64,000 nucleotides of DNA from an uncultured delta proteobacterium (GTDB taxonomy: Bacteria; Desulfobacterota; WTBG01; CAIYCZ01). This document shows positions 52,614-64,000 of this stretch, piece after piece. The stretch's first letter is position 1. The number at the start of each line of letters is the position of its first letter. The notes beneath the pieces are model-generated. The model was not told where the DNA came from, did no database searches, and saw nothing but the letters and a program-made list of their open reading frames with translations. Position numbers and translations under genes: made by a program. The DNA lies in NCBI GenBank assembly GCA_963803975.1, contig CAWDOY010000019.1:11723-75722 (forward strand), in the 5' to 3' direction.

Positions 52614-53879
52614 ATGAATACCAGATCATCTCCGGCAAGGCTCTTCTTGGCTATTGCCATAATCTGCAGCTCAATTCAATTGGGAGTGGCAGATAATGAA
52701 TCGCATGAGACATCGGCAAAGAATGTAATCCTTTTGATCGGCGACGGGATGGGGTTTCCCCAATTGACGCTGGCCAGGATTGATAAGGCAGGGGGAAATG
52801 TCACCCAGTATGGCTCAGTCGAGCTTTTCATGGACGGAATGGAGCAGACAGGGATGGTCAAGACGTTCAGCGCGAACTCACTGGTAACCGATTCTGCTCC
52901 TGCATCTTCGGCTATGGCAACCGGAGAAAAGACGAACAATGGTGTGATCAGCCAAAATTCCACCGCCATCCAGGGAAAGAGAGATGGAGAGAACCTGACC
53001 ACCATTCTGGAGATGGCTGAAGATAGTGGCCTCTCCACCGGGCTTATCACCACCACCAGGATAACTCATGCCACACCAGCCGCATTCTACGCTCATGTGG
53101 ATAACAGGGATAACGAGAGCGAGATAGCAGATCAGCTCTTCACCAGCGGCGTTGAGGTGATTTTAGGGGGAGGTCTGCAGTACTTCACAGGAGAAAATGA
53201 TACTGATCCCCTGGGCAATTATGGAAAGAGAGGCGATGAGAGAGACCTTCTCAATGAATTCGAGTCGCAGGGTTATGCTCTGGTCTATAATGGATCAAGC
53301 TTCCAGAGGGTAGATTCCAACACAACAGAGAGGCTTTTGGGACTGTTCGATAGCTCTCACATGCAGTATGATCTGGAGAGGCTTTCGGGAGAGGAGAAGG
53401 ATCCTGGCCTCGCAGATATGACCAGCAAGGCAATCTCCATTCTCTCCCGCAATCCCAAGGGCTTCTTCCTCATGGTTGAAGGAGGAAGGATCGATCATGC
53501 AGGACATGAGAGGAACATCAGCAAGAACGTCGCCGATACCCTGGCCTTTGATGAGGCAGTGAAGGTCGCAACGGATTTTGCCTCATTGAACAATGAGACA
53601 CTGGTGATTGTAACCGCAGACCACGAATGCGGAGGGCTGATTTTGCAGCCGGAGAATCTGGATGTGTATGAGGCAGGAGGCATCAATCCTCTGTTTGCTT
53701 CTGGGACTACAAAGACCCAGGGGCCCAGATACGATTTCATAACGGAGATGGAGGAGGCCACTCATACAGCAGTGGATGTTCCCATCATGGCCTCGGGCCC
53801 TGGGGCGGAAAAGGTCAGCAAGGGCGTGATAGACAATACCCGGATCTTTGAGATAATGAAAGAGGCCTTCGGGTTCTAG
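52614..53879 (+). CDS. phoA: Secreted alkaline phosphatase
   Basis: KNVILLIGDGMG, VTDSAP, THATPA, VEGGRIDHAGH, VTADHE, HTAVDV; signal peptide; RBS GGAGGT. Confidence 0.95.
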   Translation: MNTRSSPARLFLAIAIICSSIQLGVADNESHETSAKNVILLIGDGMGFPQLTLARIDKAGGNVTQYGSVELFMDGMEQTGMVKTFSANSLVTDSAPASSAMATGEKTNNGVISQNSTAIQGKRDGENLTTILEMAEDSGLSTGLITTTRITHATPAAFYAHVDNRDNESEIADQLFTSGVEVILGGGLQYFTGENDTDPLGNYGKRGDERDLLNEFESQGYALVYNGSSFQRVDSNTTERLLGLFDSSHMQYDLERLSGEEKDPGLADMTSKAISILSRNPKGFFLMVEGGRIDHAGHERNISKNVADTLAFDEAVKVATDFASLNNETLVIVTADHECGGLILQPENLDVYEAGGINPLFASGTTKTQGPRYDFITEMEEATHTAVDVPIMASGPGAEKVSKGVIDNTRIFEIMKEAFGF

Positions 53880-53980
53880 GCCTCTTTACAATTTTTAAAG
53901 GGAAGGAGGAAGGTGAAAGAATGGTCCTGGCAGTATCAGTATCATTGCCATAATCAAGAAGATTGAGCGGAAATTGCCAT

Positions 53981-56185
<2,205 letters not shown>

Positions 56186-56204
56186 GAGCCCCTTATCATA
56201 GCGT

Positions 56205-59200
56205 TTAATCAGTACTGAACTTTGCTCTGCAATCAGTTACATCTTCGATGGCCAGCAGGACAAGATGCTTTTGGGAGTCCTCTGCCCCTATCCTCTGTGC
56301 GTTGAGCAGCATCTCCTTGTGACCGATCTTAGGAAAATCGTGCTCCACAAGGAAGTCATCGACCTTGGCGCTCTTGGGCAAAACCTCCCCCAGAAGCTGC
56401 CTCAAAGCAGGAATATCCCACTGCCCGTTTCCCAGGTCGTGGATCATCTCTCCCTCAGTTTCCTCGGCCGTGGCCTGGAACATCCTGTAGAAAGAGGGAT
56501 TGGCAAAGACGACCCTGAGTTCGTCATCCAGAACCACTAAAGGCTCATGAACCGTTCTGATGATCTCCTCTGCATACTCGGCACGCATGGTCATGCCATA
56601 TAGGCTCTCCTCCAACTGTTCTGCATGCCTCTGCTCAGTTATATCCTCCAGGACCTCCAGAATCCGTGCAGGCTTGTGGTCGCGAGTCCAGCCAAGCACG
56701 GCCATCCTGTCAACAAACCATCGCCACTGGCCGTCGGAACGTTTTATCCTGTACTCCCTCTGCAAGATATCGCCTTCCTTAGCGGAGGCCAGCCAGCGGT
56801 CCTTGTCTACCAGCCTTGAAGCATCGTCTGGGTGGTAGAGGGCCCTCCAGAACTCCTCGTTGGCATTCTCCAGCTTATCCCTGGGATACTCCAGCATCGA
56901 GGACGCTGTCAGGCTCACGAACACATTGCGGCGTTCGGCCAGATCATATACGAATATGGCTCCAGGCCAATTATCGATCACCTGCCTGATGAGCGTCTCT
57001 TCCTCATGCACTCTCAACGTCTCTTCTAATTGCTTGAGGGCAGTGATGTCAGAGAAGGCGATCACAACTCCATCGATGATGTTATCGACCGTTCGATAAG
57101 GAAGGATCTTCATCTGATACCAGGACCCATCATCGGCCTGAACCTGAGCCTCCCTGGTGACCAGGGTCTGCAGAACATCGGCGACATCCTGTGCTATACC
57201 CGTGTAATGGAGCTTGGAGGAGATATCTGTTATGGGCCGACCTACGTCGATTGGCATCAGGTTGAATATTTTTGTCGCATAAGGTGTAAACCGCCTGATC
57301 TTCAGGTTGTTATCCAGGAATACGGTCGGAACCTGGGTGCTGTTCAGAAGGTTCCTCATATCGCTGTTTACCTCTGTCAGCTCATCGTTCTTGGCCTGAA
57401 GCTCGGCATTGAGGGTGGTCAGCTCTTCGTTCAGGGACTGAAGCTCTTCTTTGGATGTGACCATCTCTTCGTTAGTGCTCTGAAGCTCCTCGTTGATAGA
57501 TTGCATCTCTTCGCTTGCGGATCTAAGCTCTTCCTCCGAGGACTGACTCTCTTCAATGACCGACTGGAGCTGCTCTTTGGTTGCCTGAAGCTCCTTCTCC
57601 AGATCTCTGTTGATGGCATCGAGCCTTGATGCTGATCTTGATGCTGATCTTGATCCTTTCTTGGATGGTCGAGCCAAAAAGGGCTCAGCCGCATCCTCAA
57701 ACTGGACCATAAGTAGCCCGGCCAGGGATTTGGGCTGATAAATTGGGCTCACTGTCAGGTTGACCAGCTGCCAAGACCCGTTCGTCTTGACCCTGATGCC
57801 CTTGGCTTCAACCTTTGTCTTATCGGATGTCGCTTTACGGATGGCGATTGAAAGCTCTGGCCCCAGACCTTCCCGAGCCATGGCGTGGATGTTCAGGTTC
57901 GCTTTACCTACTGCTGGTTCCAGGTAATTCCCCGTTCGCCTCGTGGTGTAAACGATGTCTCCATCTCTGTTGATGAGTACCACAGGAGGTGCTACGGTCT
58001 GGATGATGAGCTTCTGGGCGACCTCTGTGATGCTGACATCAATATCCTTTGGAGCGGCTACATTGTCATGCATTCTGACTCGACAGGGCAGGAGCGACGC
58101 TGGGAACTCGACAAGATCACCCCGCGCTATTGAAGCCTCTTTGCGCTCGAAGATCTTCCATTTTTTGTTAATTGGTTTGAAAAGGTCAGGTAAGCTCCCC
58201 AAGGACTCCGAAGAGCCCAGGAAAAGGACTCCGGCCTGGTTCAGGCTGAAATAGAATAATGCCAGGAGCTTCTTCTGGGTATCGGTTGTAAGGTAAATGA
58301 GGAGGTTGCGACAGCTTAAGAGGTCGAGCTTGGTGAAAGGCGGGTCGGTGAGGACGTTTTGGACTGCAAAGACCACCATCTCCCGGACCTCTGATTTCAT
58401 CTGAAATCGACCGTCGTCTTTTTTGATGAAAAACCTCTTCAGACGCTCCTCTGAGACGTCCTGAGCTATATTTGCCGGATAAGTTCCCTGGCGAGCCAGG
58501 TCTATCGCCTCTTTATCCAGGTCTGTCGCATAAATCTGAACCTTCAGATCGCTCTTCACATTAGGATCGTCCAGGCATTCTCTGAATAAGATGGCTATAG
58601 AGTAGGCTTCTTCGCCTGTTGAGCATCCTGCCACCCAGACGCGCAGGGACTCACCGTCCTTCTTATTCTTCAGCATCCCGGGGATGTGCCCTTTTATGGC
58701 TTCAAAGGCTTCAGGGTCTCGGAAAAAGTTAGTTACGCCTATCAGGAACTCTTTAAAGAGAAAGTCGATTTCTTCAGGATTATTCTGAATGTACTGGACA
58801 TACTGGTTTATGTCGGTGATTTGATGAACTGTCATACGCCTTTCAATGCGGCGGCGAGTGGCATTATCCTTGTAGAGGCTGAAGTCAGCTCCTGTCATGG
58901 ACCTGACAAGCGAGAATATCTTCTGGAATGGGTCAAAAGTCTGCCCTTCCTCGCGAGACGGGGGAGAGGGCATTACTCCGGTCACTTTGTAGAGGTGGTT
59001 CACATAACCAAGCAGCTTCTCGGGCAGCTTGTTTGCCGGAGCCACATAATCGACCAGACCGGCGTTGATGGCACTCTTGGGCATGGCATCGTACTTGGAC
59101 GATGCCGGATCCTCTACCATAACCATTCCTTGTTTCTCTTTGATGGCCTTCAGGCCAAGGGTGCCATCAGTTCCCATTCCTGAGAAGATGATGCCTATTG

Positions 59201-59660
59201 TCCTTTCGCCCTGGTCCTCGGCCAGGTGTCTGAAAAAGAAGTCGATTGGCATCCTAAATCCTCTGGCCTGGGAAGGTTCGAGCAGCTGAAGTATTCCGTG
59301 CAGTATAGACAGGTCCTTACCAGGCGGGATCACATAGACGGAGTTGGGCTGGAGGTAATCCCCGTCCTCCGCTTGAGATACCTTCATAGCTGTGAAGCGT
59401 TGGAGCAGCTCGGGCATGATGCCCTTATGAACTGGATCGAGGTGGGAGACAACCACAAAGGCCAGTCCCGTGTCTGCCGGGATGCTCTTGAAGAACTCCT
59501 CAAAGGACTCCAGAGAACCAGCTGAGCCGCCCATTCCCACGATGTAGAAGGCTCTCATTTTTCCCGCCTCAGGAAATCGCGGCTGCGACGCGGATGGAAG
59601 TTTCACTGAACGGGCATCTTTTTTATCTATATCGTTTAGTTTTTCATCATCTGGGTTCAT
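56205..59660 (-). CDS. CheB methylesterase-CheR methyltransferase fusion with coiled coil and PAS domains
   Basis: GGSAG, SHL, SGMGTDG (CheB); [30 protein letters not shown] (CheR); QS.NEEL repeats; three PAS-like domains. Confidence 0.95.
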   Translation of the reverse strand: MNPDDEKLNDIDKKDARSVKLPSASQPRFPEAGKMRAFYIVGMGGSAGSLESFEEFFKSIPADTGLAFVVVSHLDPVHKGIMPELLQRFTAMKVSQAEDGDYLQPNSVYVIPPGKDLSILHGILQLLEPSQARGFRMPIDFFFRHLAEDQGERTIGIIFSGMGTDGTLGLKAIKEKQGMVMVEDPASSKYDAMPKSAINAGLVDYVAPANKLPEKLLGYVNHLYKVTGVMPSPPSREEGQTFDPFQKIFSLVRSMTGADFSLYKDNATRRRIERRMTVHQITDINQYVQYIQNNPEEIDFLFKEFLIGVTNFFRDPEAFEAIKGHIPGMLKNKKDGESLRVWVAGCSTGEEAYSIAILFRECLDDPNVKSDLKVQIYATDLDKEAIDLARQGTYPANIAQDVSEERLKRFFIKKDDGRFQMKSEVREMVVFAVQNVLTDPPFTKLDLLSCRNLLIYLTTDTQKKLLALFYFSLNQAGVLFLGSSESLGSLPDLFKPINKKWKIFERKEASIARGDLVEFPASLLPCRVRMHDNVAAPKDIDVSITEVAQKLIIQTVAPPVVLINRDGDIVYTTRRTGNYLEPAVGKANLNIHAMAREGLGPELSIAIRKATSDKTKVEAKGIRVKTNGSWQLVNLTVSPIYQPKSLAGLLMVQFEDAAEPFLARPSKKGSRSASRSASRLDAINRDLEKELQATKEQLQSVIEESQSSEEELRSASEEMQSINEELQSTNEEMVTSKEELQSLNEELTTLNAELQAKNDELTEVNSDMRNLLNSTQVPTVFLDNNLKIRRFTPYATKIFNLMPIDVGRPITDISSKLHYTGIAQDVADVLQTLVTREAQVQADDGSWYQMKILPYRTVDNIIDGVVIAFSDITALKQLEETLRVHEEETLIRQVIDNWPGAIFVYDLAERRNVFVSLTASSMLEYPRDKLENANEEFWRALYHPDDASRLVDKDRWLASAKEGDILQREYRIKRSDGQWRWFVDRMAVLGWTRDHKPARILEVLEDITEQRHAEQLEESLYGMTMRAEYAEEIIRTVHEPLVVLDDELRVVFANPSFYRMFQATAEETEGEMIHDLGNGQWDIPALRQLLGEVLPKSAKVDDFLVEHDFPKIGHKEMLLNAQRIGAEDSQKHLVLLAIEDVTDCRAKFSTD

Positions 59661-60105
59661 ATCGGGTTCTCTCTTTTCTTGCAGCCGAGCCTGGGTCGTT
59701 GTCTTTGCCGCCTCTTACTCTGCCAGACCTCGTTACGCTCTTGCAGAACTTTTCGCCTTAAAGGGGAAGCGCACGTCTCAGGCTGTAGAGCATCTGCGCT
59801 GCGGTTCCGGATTACAGCGGAAGGCGCATACCCGCATTGCTTTCTCATTGATTATCTTGGAGCTCTCATATTCAGCATTCTCTGCTAGAGAGCACATTTT
59901 GATATCAATTGAATCTTCGATATTTCAAGTTATTGTTCAACCACAGGCATTATCTTTCGCATCCGGTAATTTTATAAAATATACATGCTCCCGTGCACAA
60001 AAGGTTGAAAAATCAATATGCATAGGTTCATACGTGACCTCATAATACATATTTTACTATATTCGCGATGCAAAACCAACTTAAAGACATCAGAAAAAGG
60101 TCTAA

Positions 60106-60189
60106 TGCGGGGTACGGGATTCGAACCCGCGAACTCCTGCGAGACAGGATCTTAAGTCCTGCGCCTTTGGCCAGCTTGGCGAACCCCGC
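60106..60189 (-). tRNA. tRNA-Leu(TAA), long variable arm, no encoded CCA
   Basis: GCGGGGT...CAGGA-CTTAAGA-TCCTG...GGTTCGAATCC...ACCCCGCA; TATA-like TATTTATC about 40 bp upstream. Confidence 0.96.
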
Positions 60190-60416
60190 AACCATATAAG
60201 GCCGCCGCTTACAATAGGACATGATGGATAAATAGTTTCCCGAATGATCTCAGAAAAAGGAATATTATCTGTTTAGAAGCAAAGGGGAGGCCCGTGTGAG
60301 CTTACCTTTGCCGATATAGCATCAGGAGTCGGCAATGAGCCAATGGCCCAAAGCCTATTCCAGTGCTTTTACTCTCTATTTGCCGTATCTTGATATTATT
60401 TATCTATCCGTATTGC

Positions 60417-61022
60417 TCATTCCGGAGGCAGAACCTGCTCGCCCGCTACTGCTGCTGCTGCCGCCTCGCCCTTGACTATCTTCAGGCTGTTGATCAGGTT
60501 CATGGTCACATCCTCTGGGTAGGTTGAGGATATAGCTACACTTGTTGTGCCTACAGAGACGGGTCCGCACTCGCACTTCTCGCTGTCCAGCCAGTACACG
60601 GCCTCAAAGATCTGGGCATCTGCTGGAATGCTTGTGATTTGCGGGAAGGGAACTCCGCTGGCTACATATCCTTCCTTTCCATCTATGACCGTGTCTTCTA
60701 CACTGGTAACATTGAAGCCGTTAACGGCGGCATTCAGGACAGTTATGGTCTTTTGCGGAGCGATGGTTGAATCTATAGGCTCCTTGTACTCGCTTATGAC
60801 CACCCTTGCCCAGGTGGAGTTGTCTGTCACTACCTGCAGGCCGTAATATGTAGCTGCTTCAGCCTCTCCAGCCTCCAGCGGTATCACTTCATACTGCATT
60901 TCAGTGTTCATATCGAAAGTAACGGCATACGGTCCAAGCTGACTGCTCTCCGGCGCAGATGTTGCCAGAGAGGAGAGCATCAGCACCAATGCAAATGCTA
61001 ATACTGTTCTCACACAATTCAC
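60417..61022 (-). CDS. Secreted hypothetical protein (Methanothrix-type family)
   Basis: Signal peptide; GPY.V.FD.N, IDG..G and STYP..VT..L..SL motifs. Confidence 0.75.
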   Translation of the reverse strand: MNCVRTVLAFALVLMLSSLATSAPESSQLGPYAVTFDMNTEMQYEVIPLEAGEAEAATYYGLQVVTDNSTWARVVISEYKEPIDSTIAPQKTITVLNAAVNGFNVTSVEDTVIDGKEGYVASGVPFPQITSIPADAQIFEAVYWLDSEKCECGPVSVGTTSVAISSTYPEDVTMNLINSLKIVKGEAAAAAVAGEQVLPPE

Positions 61023-61133
61023 CGGGCTATCCTTTAGCCCTCATCCTAGAAAAGTCTTGCTTTGATGTAAATCTCGTATCATCCCTCCAAGAGAGCATTA
61101 GTATCAAATAGCGACAATAGGGAACGGATTCAT

Positions 61134-61571
61134 ATGAGATATGGCTGTGATGAGTTGGGAATCTACACCATCATCCTCTCCTTAGAAAAGGCGGAGAAGA
61201 TCTGCATAGGGTCCCTGGGTGAGATCGATTTTGCCCCTGGATTCTATGCCTACACCGGCTCTGCCCGGGGACCTGGGGGCTGCAGGAGGGTGGATCGCCA
61301 TATAGAGATATTGCAGGGCAAAAGGATGACCAGGAGATGGCATATAGACTATCTCCTCCCCCAGGCGGGCCTGGTCGAGGTATTCATAACAAGGACATCG
61401 CGAGATCTGGAATGCAGTATAGCGGAAATGGTGGGGGAGCGTCTTGTGCCCATCAGGGGATTTGGCTCTAGCGATTGCAGCTGCATCAGCCACCTTCACT
61501 ATGGAGAGGATCTGGAGAGCACGATGGCTGCGGTATCTCTTGCTCATTCTCGGGCGGCATCAATAGCTTGA
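61134..61571 (+). CDS. DUF123 / GIY-YIG (Uri superfamily) endonuclease
   Basis: GIY.....IG.LG...F..G.YAYTGSA, RV.RH, RWHIDYL, EC, GFGSSDC.C.SHL. Confidence 0.9.
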   Translation: MRYGCDELGIYTIILSLEKAEKICIGSLGEIDFAPGFYAYTGSARGPGGCRRVDRHIEILQGKRMTRRWHIDYLLPQAGLVEVFITRTSRDLECSIAEMVGERLVPIRGFGSSDCSCISHLHYGEDLESTMAAVSLAHSRAASIA

Positions 61572-61842
61572 AAGCCATCGCGAGAATAATCAAAATTATA
61601 AACTAAATAAAATGAAAAAATAGTTATAGAAGAGGTATAAGTTCGGCCGATAGTGATATATCGCCATTGCTATAAATCTAAAAGTATGCATGCATTCCCC
61701 TTTTTTGCCCAAACATCCGAAACCCATTTATAGATTGAAATATAAAAAATGCTCAAAAGGGAAATAATCATAATAAATTAGCAGGGAACCAAAGTCACAA
61801 TCTATTGAAGGGATAGATTAGATACAGTAAGGGAGTAGTTGA

Positions 61843-64000
61843 ATGAGGAGGAGCTCCAAGCTCAGACTACCAAGGGGGAAGCGTAGTCCAAAGGCAAGCC
61901 CTATGATGATGGGCATCGCCATATTTCTGGTTATTCTAGTTCCGACCTTATTCTATCTATTTCCCATAGGAGAAGATACTAAATCCTCCATTATTGAGAA
62001 TCCCTCTGCCAGCTCCCCGGCTGGAGCCGAAAAAGAAGATCCCCAAAGCAGTTCTTCTGAGCCGGTGTTAAGGATTGCCTCATCAGACGTCTCCCTGCTG
62101 GCAGTGGTCAACTCCAGCTCGAATCTCTCCCAGGTCTATCTGGAGAACAACGGCATCACAAAGCTTCATAGGATCAAGGTGACGGATCGGGATAGATCCC
62201 TGGGCACCCTCTCAGAGCTCGATCCAGGGGAGAAGAAGGTCCTGTCCATAAGCGGCAGAGCGGAAAAGCTATCGGTCTTCGCTCTGGACCCAACCGGCCT
62301 GGAGATTCAGGGCCGGGTCAAATACAACTCCACAAAGCAAGAAAAAAATTCATCTGAGGATGTCATCAACAAAGAGACGATATTCGACCCGCTTTTATTT
62401 TCTATGTCAATTCCAGCCGGTGGGGCCATTCCGGCGGAGGCGGAAGTACCAATAGCAGAAGAGCCGGTCAGTCCTGTCATCGCCCGGAACGCCAGTTCCA
62501 CATCTTTAGCTCTGAACATATCAGTCAATAGATCGGCCTGCCTGGCAGGAGAGGCGATAAGCTACCGATGCCTGGCCACCAACATTGGCCAGGTTGAGCT
62601 CTCCGATGTTCGCATCACCTGTGCGGGCAAGCTCGCATCCACCGGTTTTCTCACCCCGCAAAAGGAGCTGGAGCTGGATGGCATTCTGCTGATCGAGAAT
62701 AACACCAGGCTCCTGGCCGAGGCCAGCGCCAAGGATGGCAAGGGCAATATCCATACCAACAACACAAGCATCGATATCCGCATGATCTCCCCTCAGATCG
62801 ACCTCCTGCTGGAGGCTCCGGAGCTTGTTCATCGGGGGGAGAACGCCTCCATCCTGATCCGGATCGAGAATAGCGGTGAGGATAACCTGACCGACCTGAA
62901 GATCGATGATGGATTCGGAGAGGTGGCCAGGATTCCAGCACTCGCTGCAGGAGAGGCCGAGACAGTGCAACAGAATAGGACGATTCTCCACAGCCTGCCT
63001 TATGAGGTCATCGTATCCGCCCGGGACGAGATCGGAGGAGAGGTCTATTCCAGCCGGAGCCAGATGATAGCAGTGATGAACTCCTCGCTTGAGATTCAGA
63101 GCGAGAGCGCACAAGTGGCCACATATCCCGGAGATCCGGCAGAGGTGACCTGGATCCTGGAGAACACTGGCCAGGAGGCTCTGTTTAATATCACTCTGCA
63201 AGGGGACGGAACGGACTGCATTCTGCCCCAGATGCTCCCGGGAAGATCGGTACGAATGGCAGCCATTTACAGCAAGAATAATACCACCAGGATCAACGTC
63301 ACCGCCCGGGGAATGGACGGCCTCGGCTTTGAGACCACCGCCAATGGAAGTGTGCTTTTAAGTGCAATTAAGCCAGGGATCAGCCTGAAGGTCATGCCCG
63401 AAAAGATCGAGGCTGCACCAGGTGACGAAGCAGAGATCAGCTGTCTGGTCACCAACACCGGCGAGGACCGACTGAGTGAGGTGGTCCTCACCCTGGATGA
63501 CGCAAGGCTCAGCTCGCTGGGGGATCTTGAACCTGGAGAGTTCAGGAGTGGTGCAGAGCAAGGCCGCTCATCGAGGAGAACAGCACCCTGCAGTTCGCCG
63601 TGGCTGGAAGAGGACTCCCAGGGCGAGATCTGGTCGGACCGGATGGCAGTTGAGGCGAGGACGGTCACAACGGCGATCAAGCTCTTTGCCAGCGCCTCGC
63701 CCTCGGCCGTGGCCCCCGGAGGCACGAGCAGCATCACCTGCACTGTAGCCAACATGGGTAGCGTGCCGCTGTACAGCATCTTCGTCATAAGCGAGAGTTT
63801 CAGGCCCGCTGGGCAGCATAGACATCCTCTCCCCCAAGCACCAGAAGACGATCACTGCAAAAAAGTCGATCAGCAGGGGTGGAGAAGACACCATAACCGC
63901 CGAGGGCTTCACCATGGATAGGAGTTCGGTGCGGGGAGAGTATAATCTGAACCTGGCCCTGATAGAGGGCGCATCTGCTGAAGGGAGTGTCAAGCCATCG
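61843..64000 (+). CDS. Large membrane-anchored surface protein with repeated Ig-like (CARDB/DUF11-like) domains; frameshifts near 63550 and 63800; runs off the window
   Basis: N-terminal TM helix and repeated N.G...L..V.I......L.PGE units. Confidence 0.75.

Noticed and set aside
57625..57654. 12-bp tandem repeat inside the CheBR gene
   Set aside because: A short in-frame linker expansion ([10 protein letters not shown]) with no further significance evident.
60040..60222. 60-aa ORF on the minus strand
   Set aside because: It overlaps tRNA-Leu entirely and is spurious.

Overview
The window joins two unrelated genomes at about 42,275. Left part (1 to ~42,275) is bacterial and resembles Desulfobacterota/deltaproteobacteria. 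It holds a partial B12-binding radical SAM gene, then a ~24 kb multiheme cytochrome island with about 100 predicted heme-c sites by my manual count (93 CXXCH plus 8 variant motifs). The island contains three secreted cytochromes with Ig-like N-termini (16, 10 and 7 hemes), an FGE-domain gene and an NHL beta-propeller. It also has three paralogous octaheme/cytochrome b/triheme modules, each fused differently, two large periplasmic cytochromes (16 and 15 hemes) and a convergent cytochrome c/4Fe-4S/NrfD operon. After the island come a lipoprotein, recC-recB-recD flanked by two stand-alone PqqD/RRE genes, murA, hisD, a CCA/poly(A) nucleotidyltransferase and a truncated FAD-dependent dehydrogenase. 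Right part (~42,275 to 64,000) is archaeal, most like Methanothrix. It holds an Lhr helicase, a truncated acylphosphatase, phenylacetate-CoA ligase, two wHTH regulators, pyrD-pyrK, an FAH-family hydrolase, alkaline phosphatase, a CheB-CheR-PAS fusion with a hybrid kinase, tRNA-Leu(TAA), a DUF123 nuclease and a large surface protein. Many single-base frameshifts look like uncorrected read errors rather than gene decay. All family calls come from motif recognition by eye; no database searches were run.
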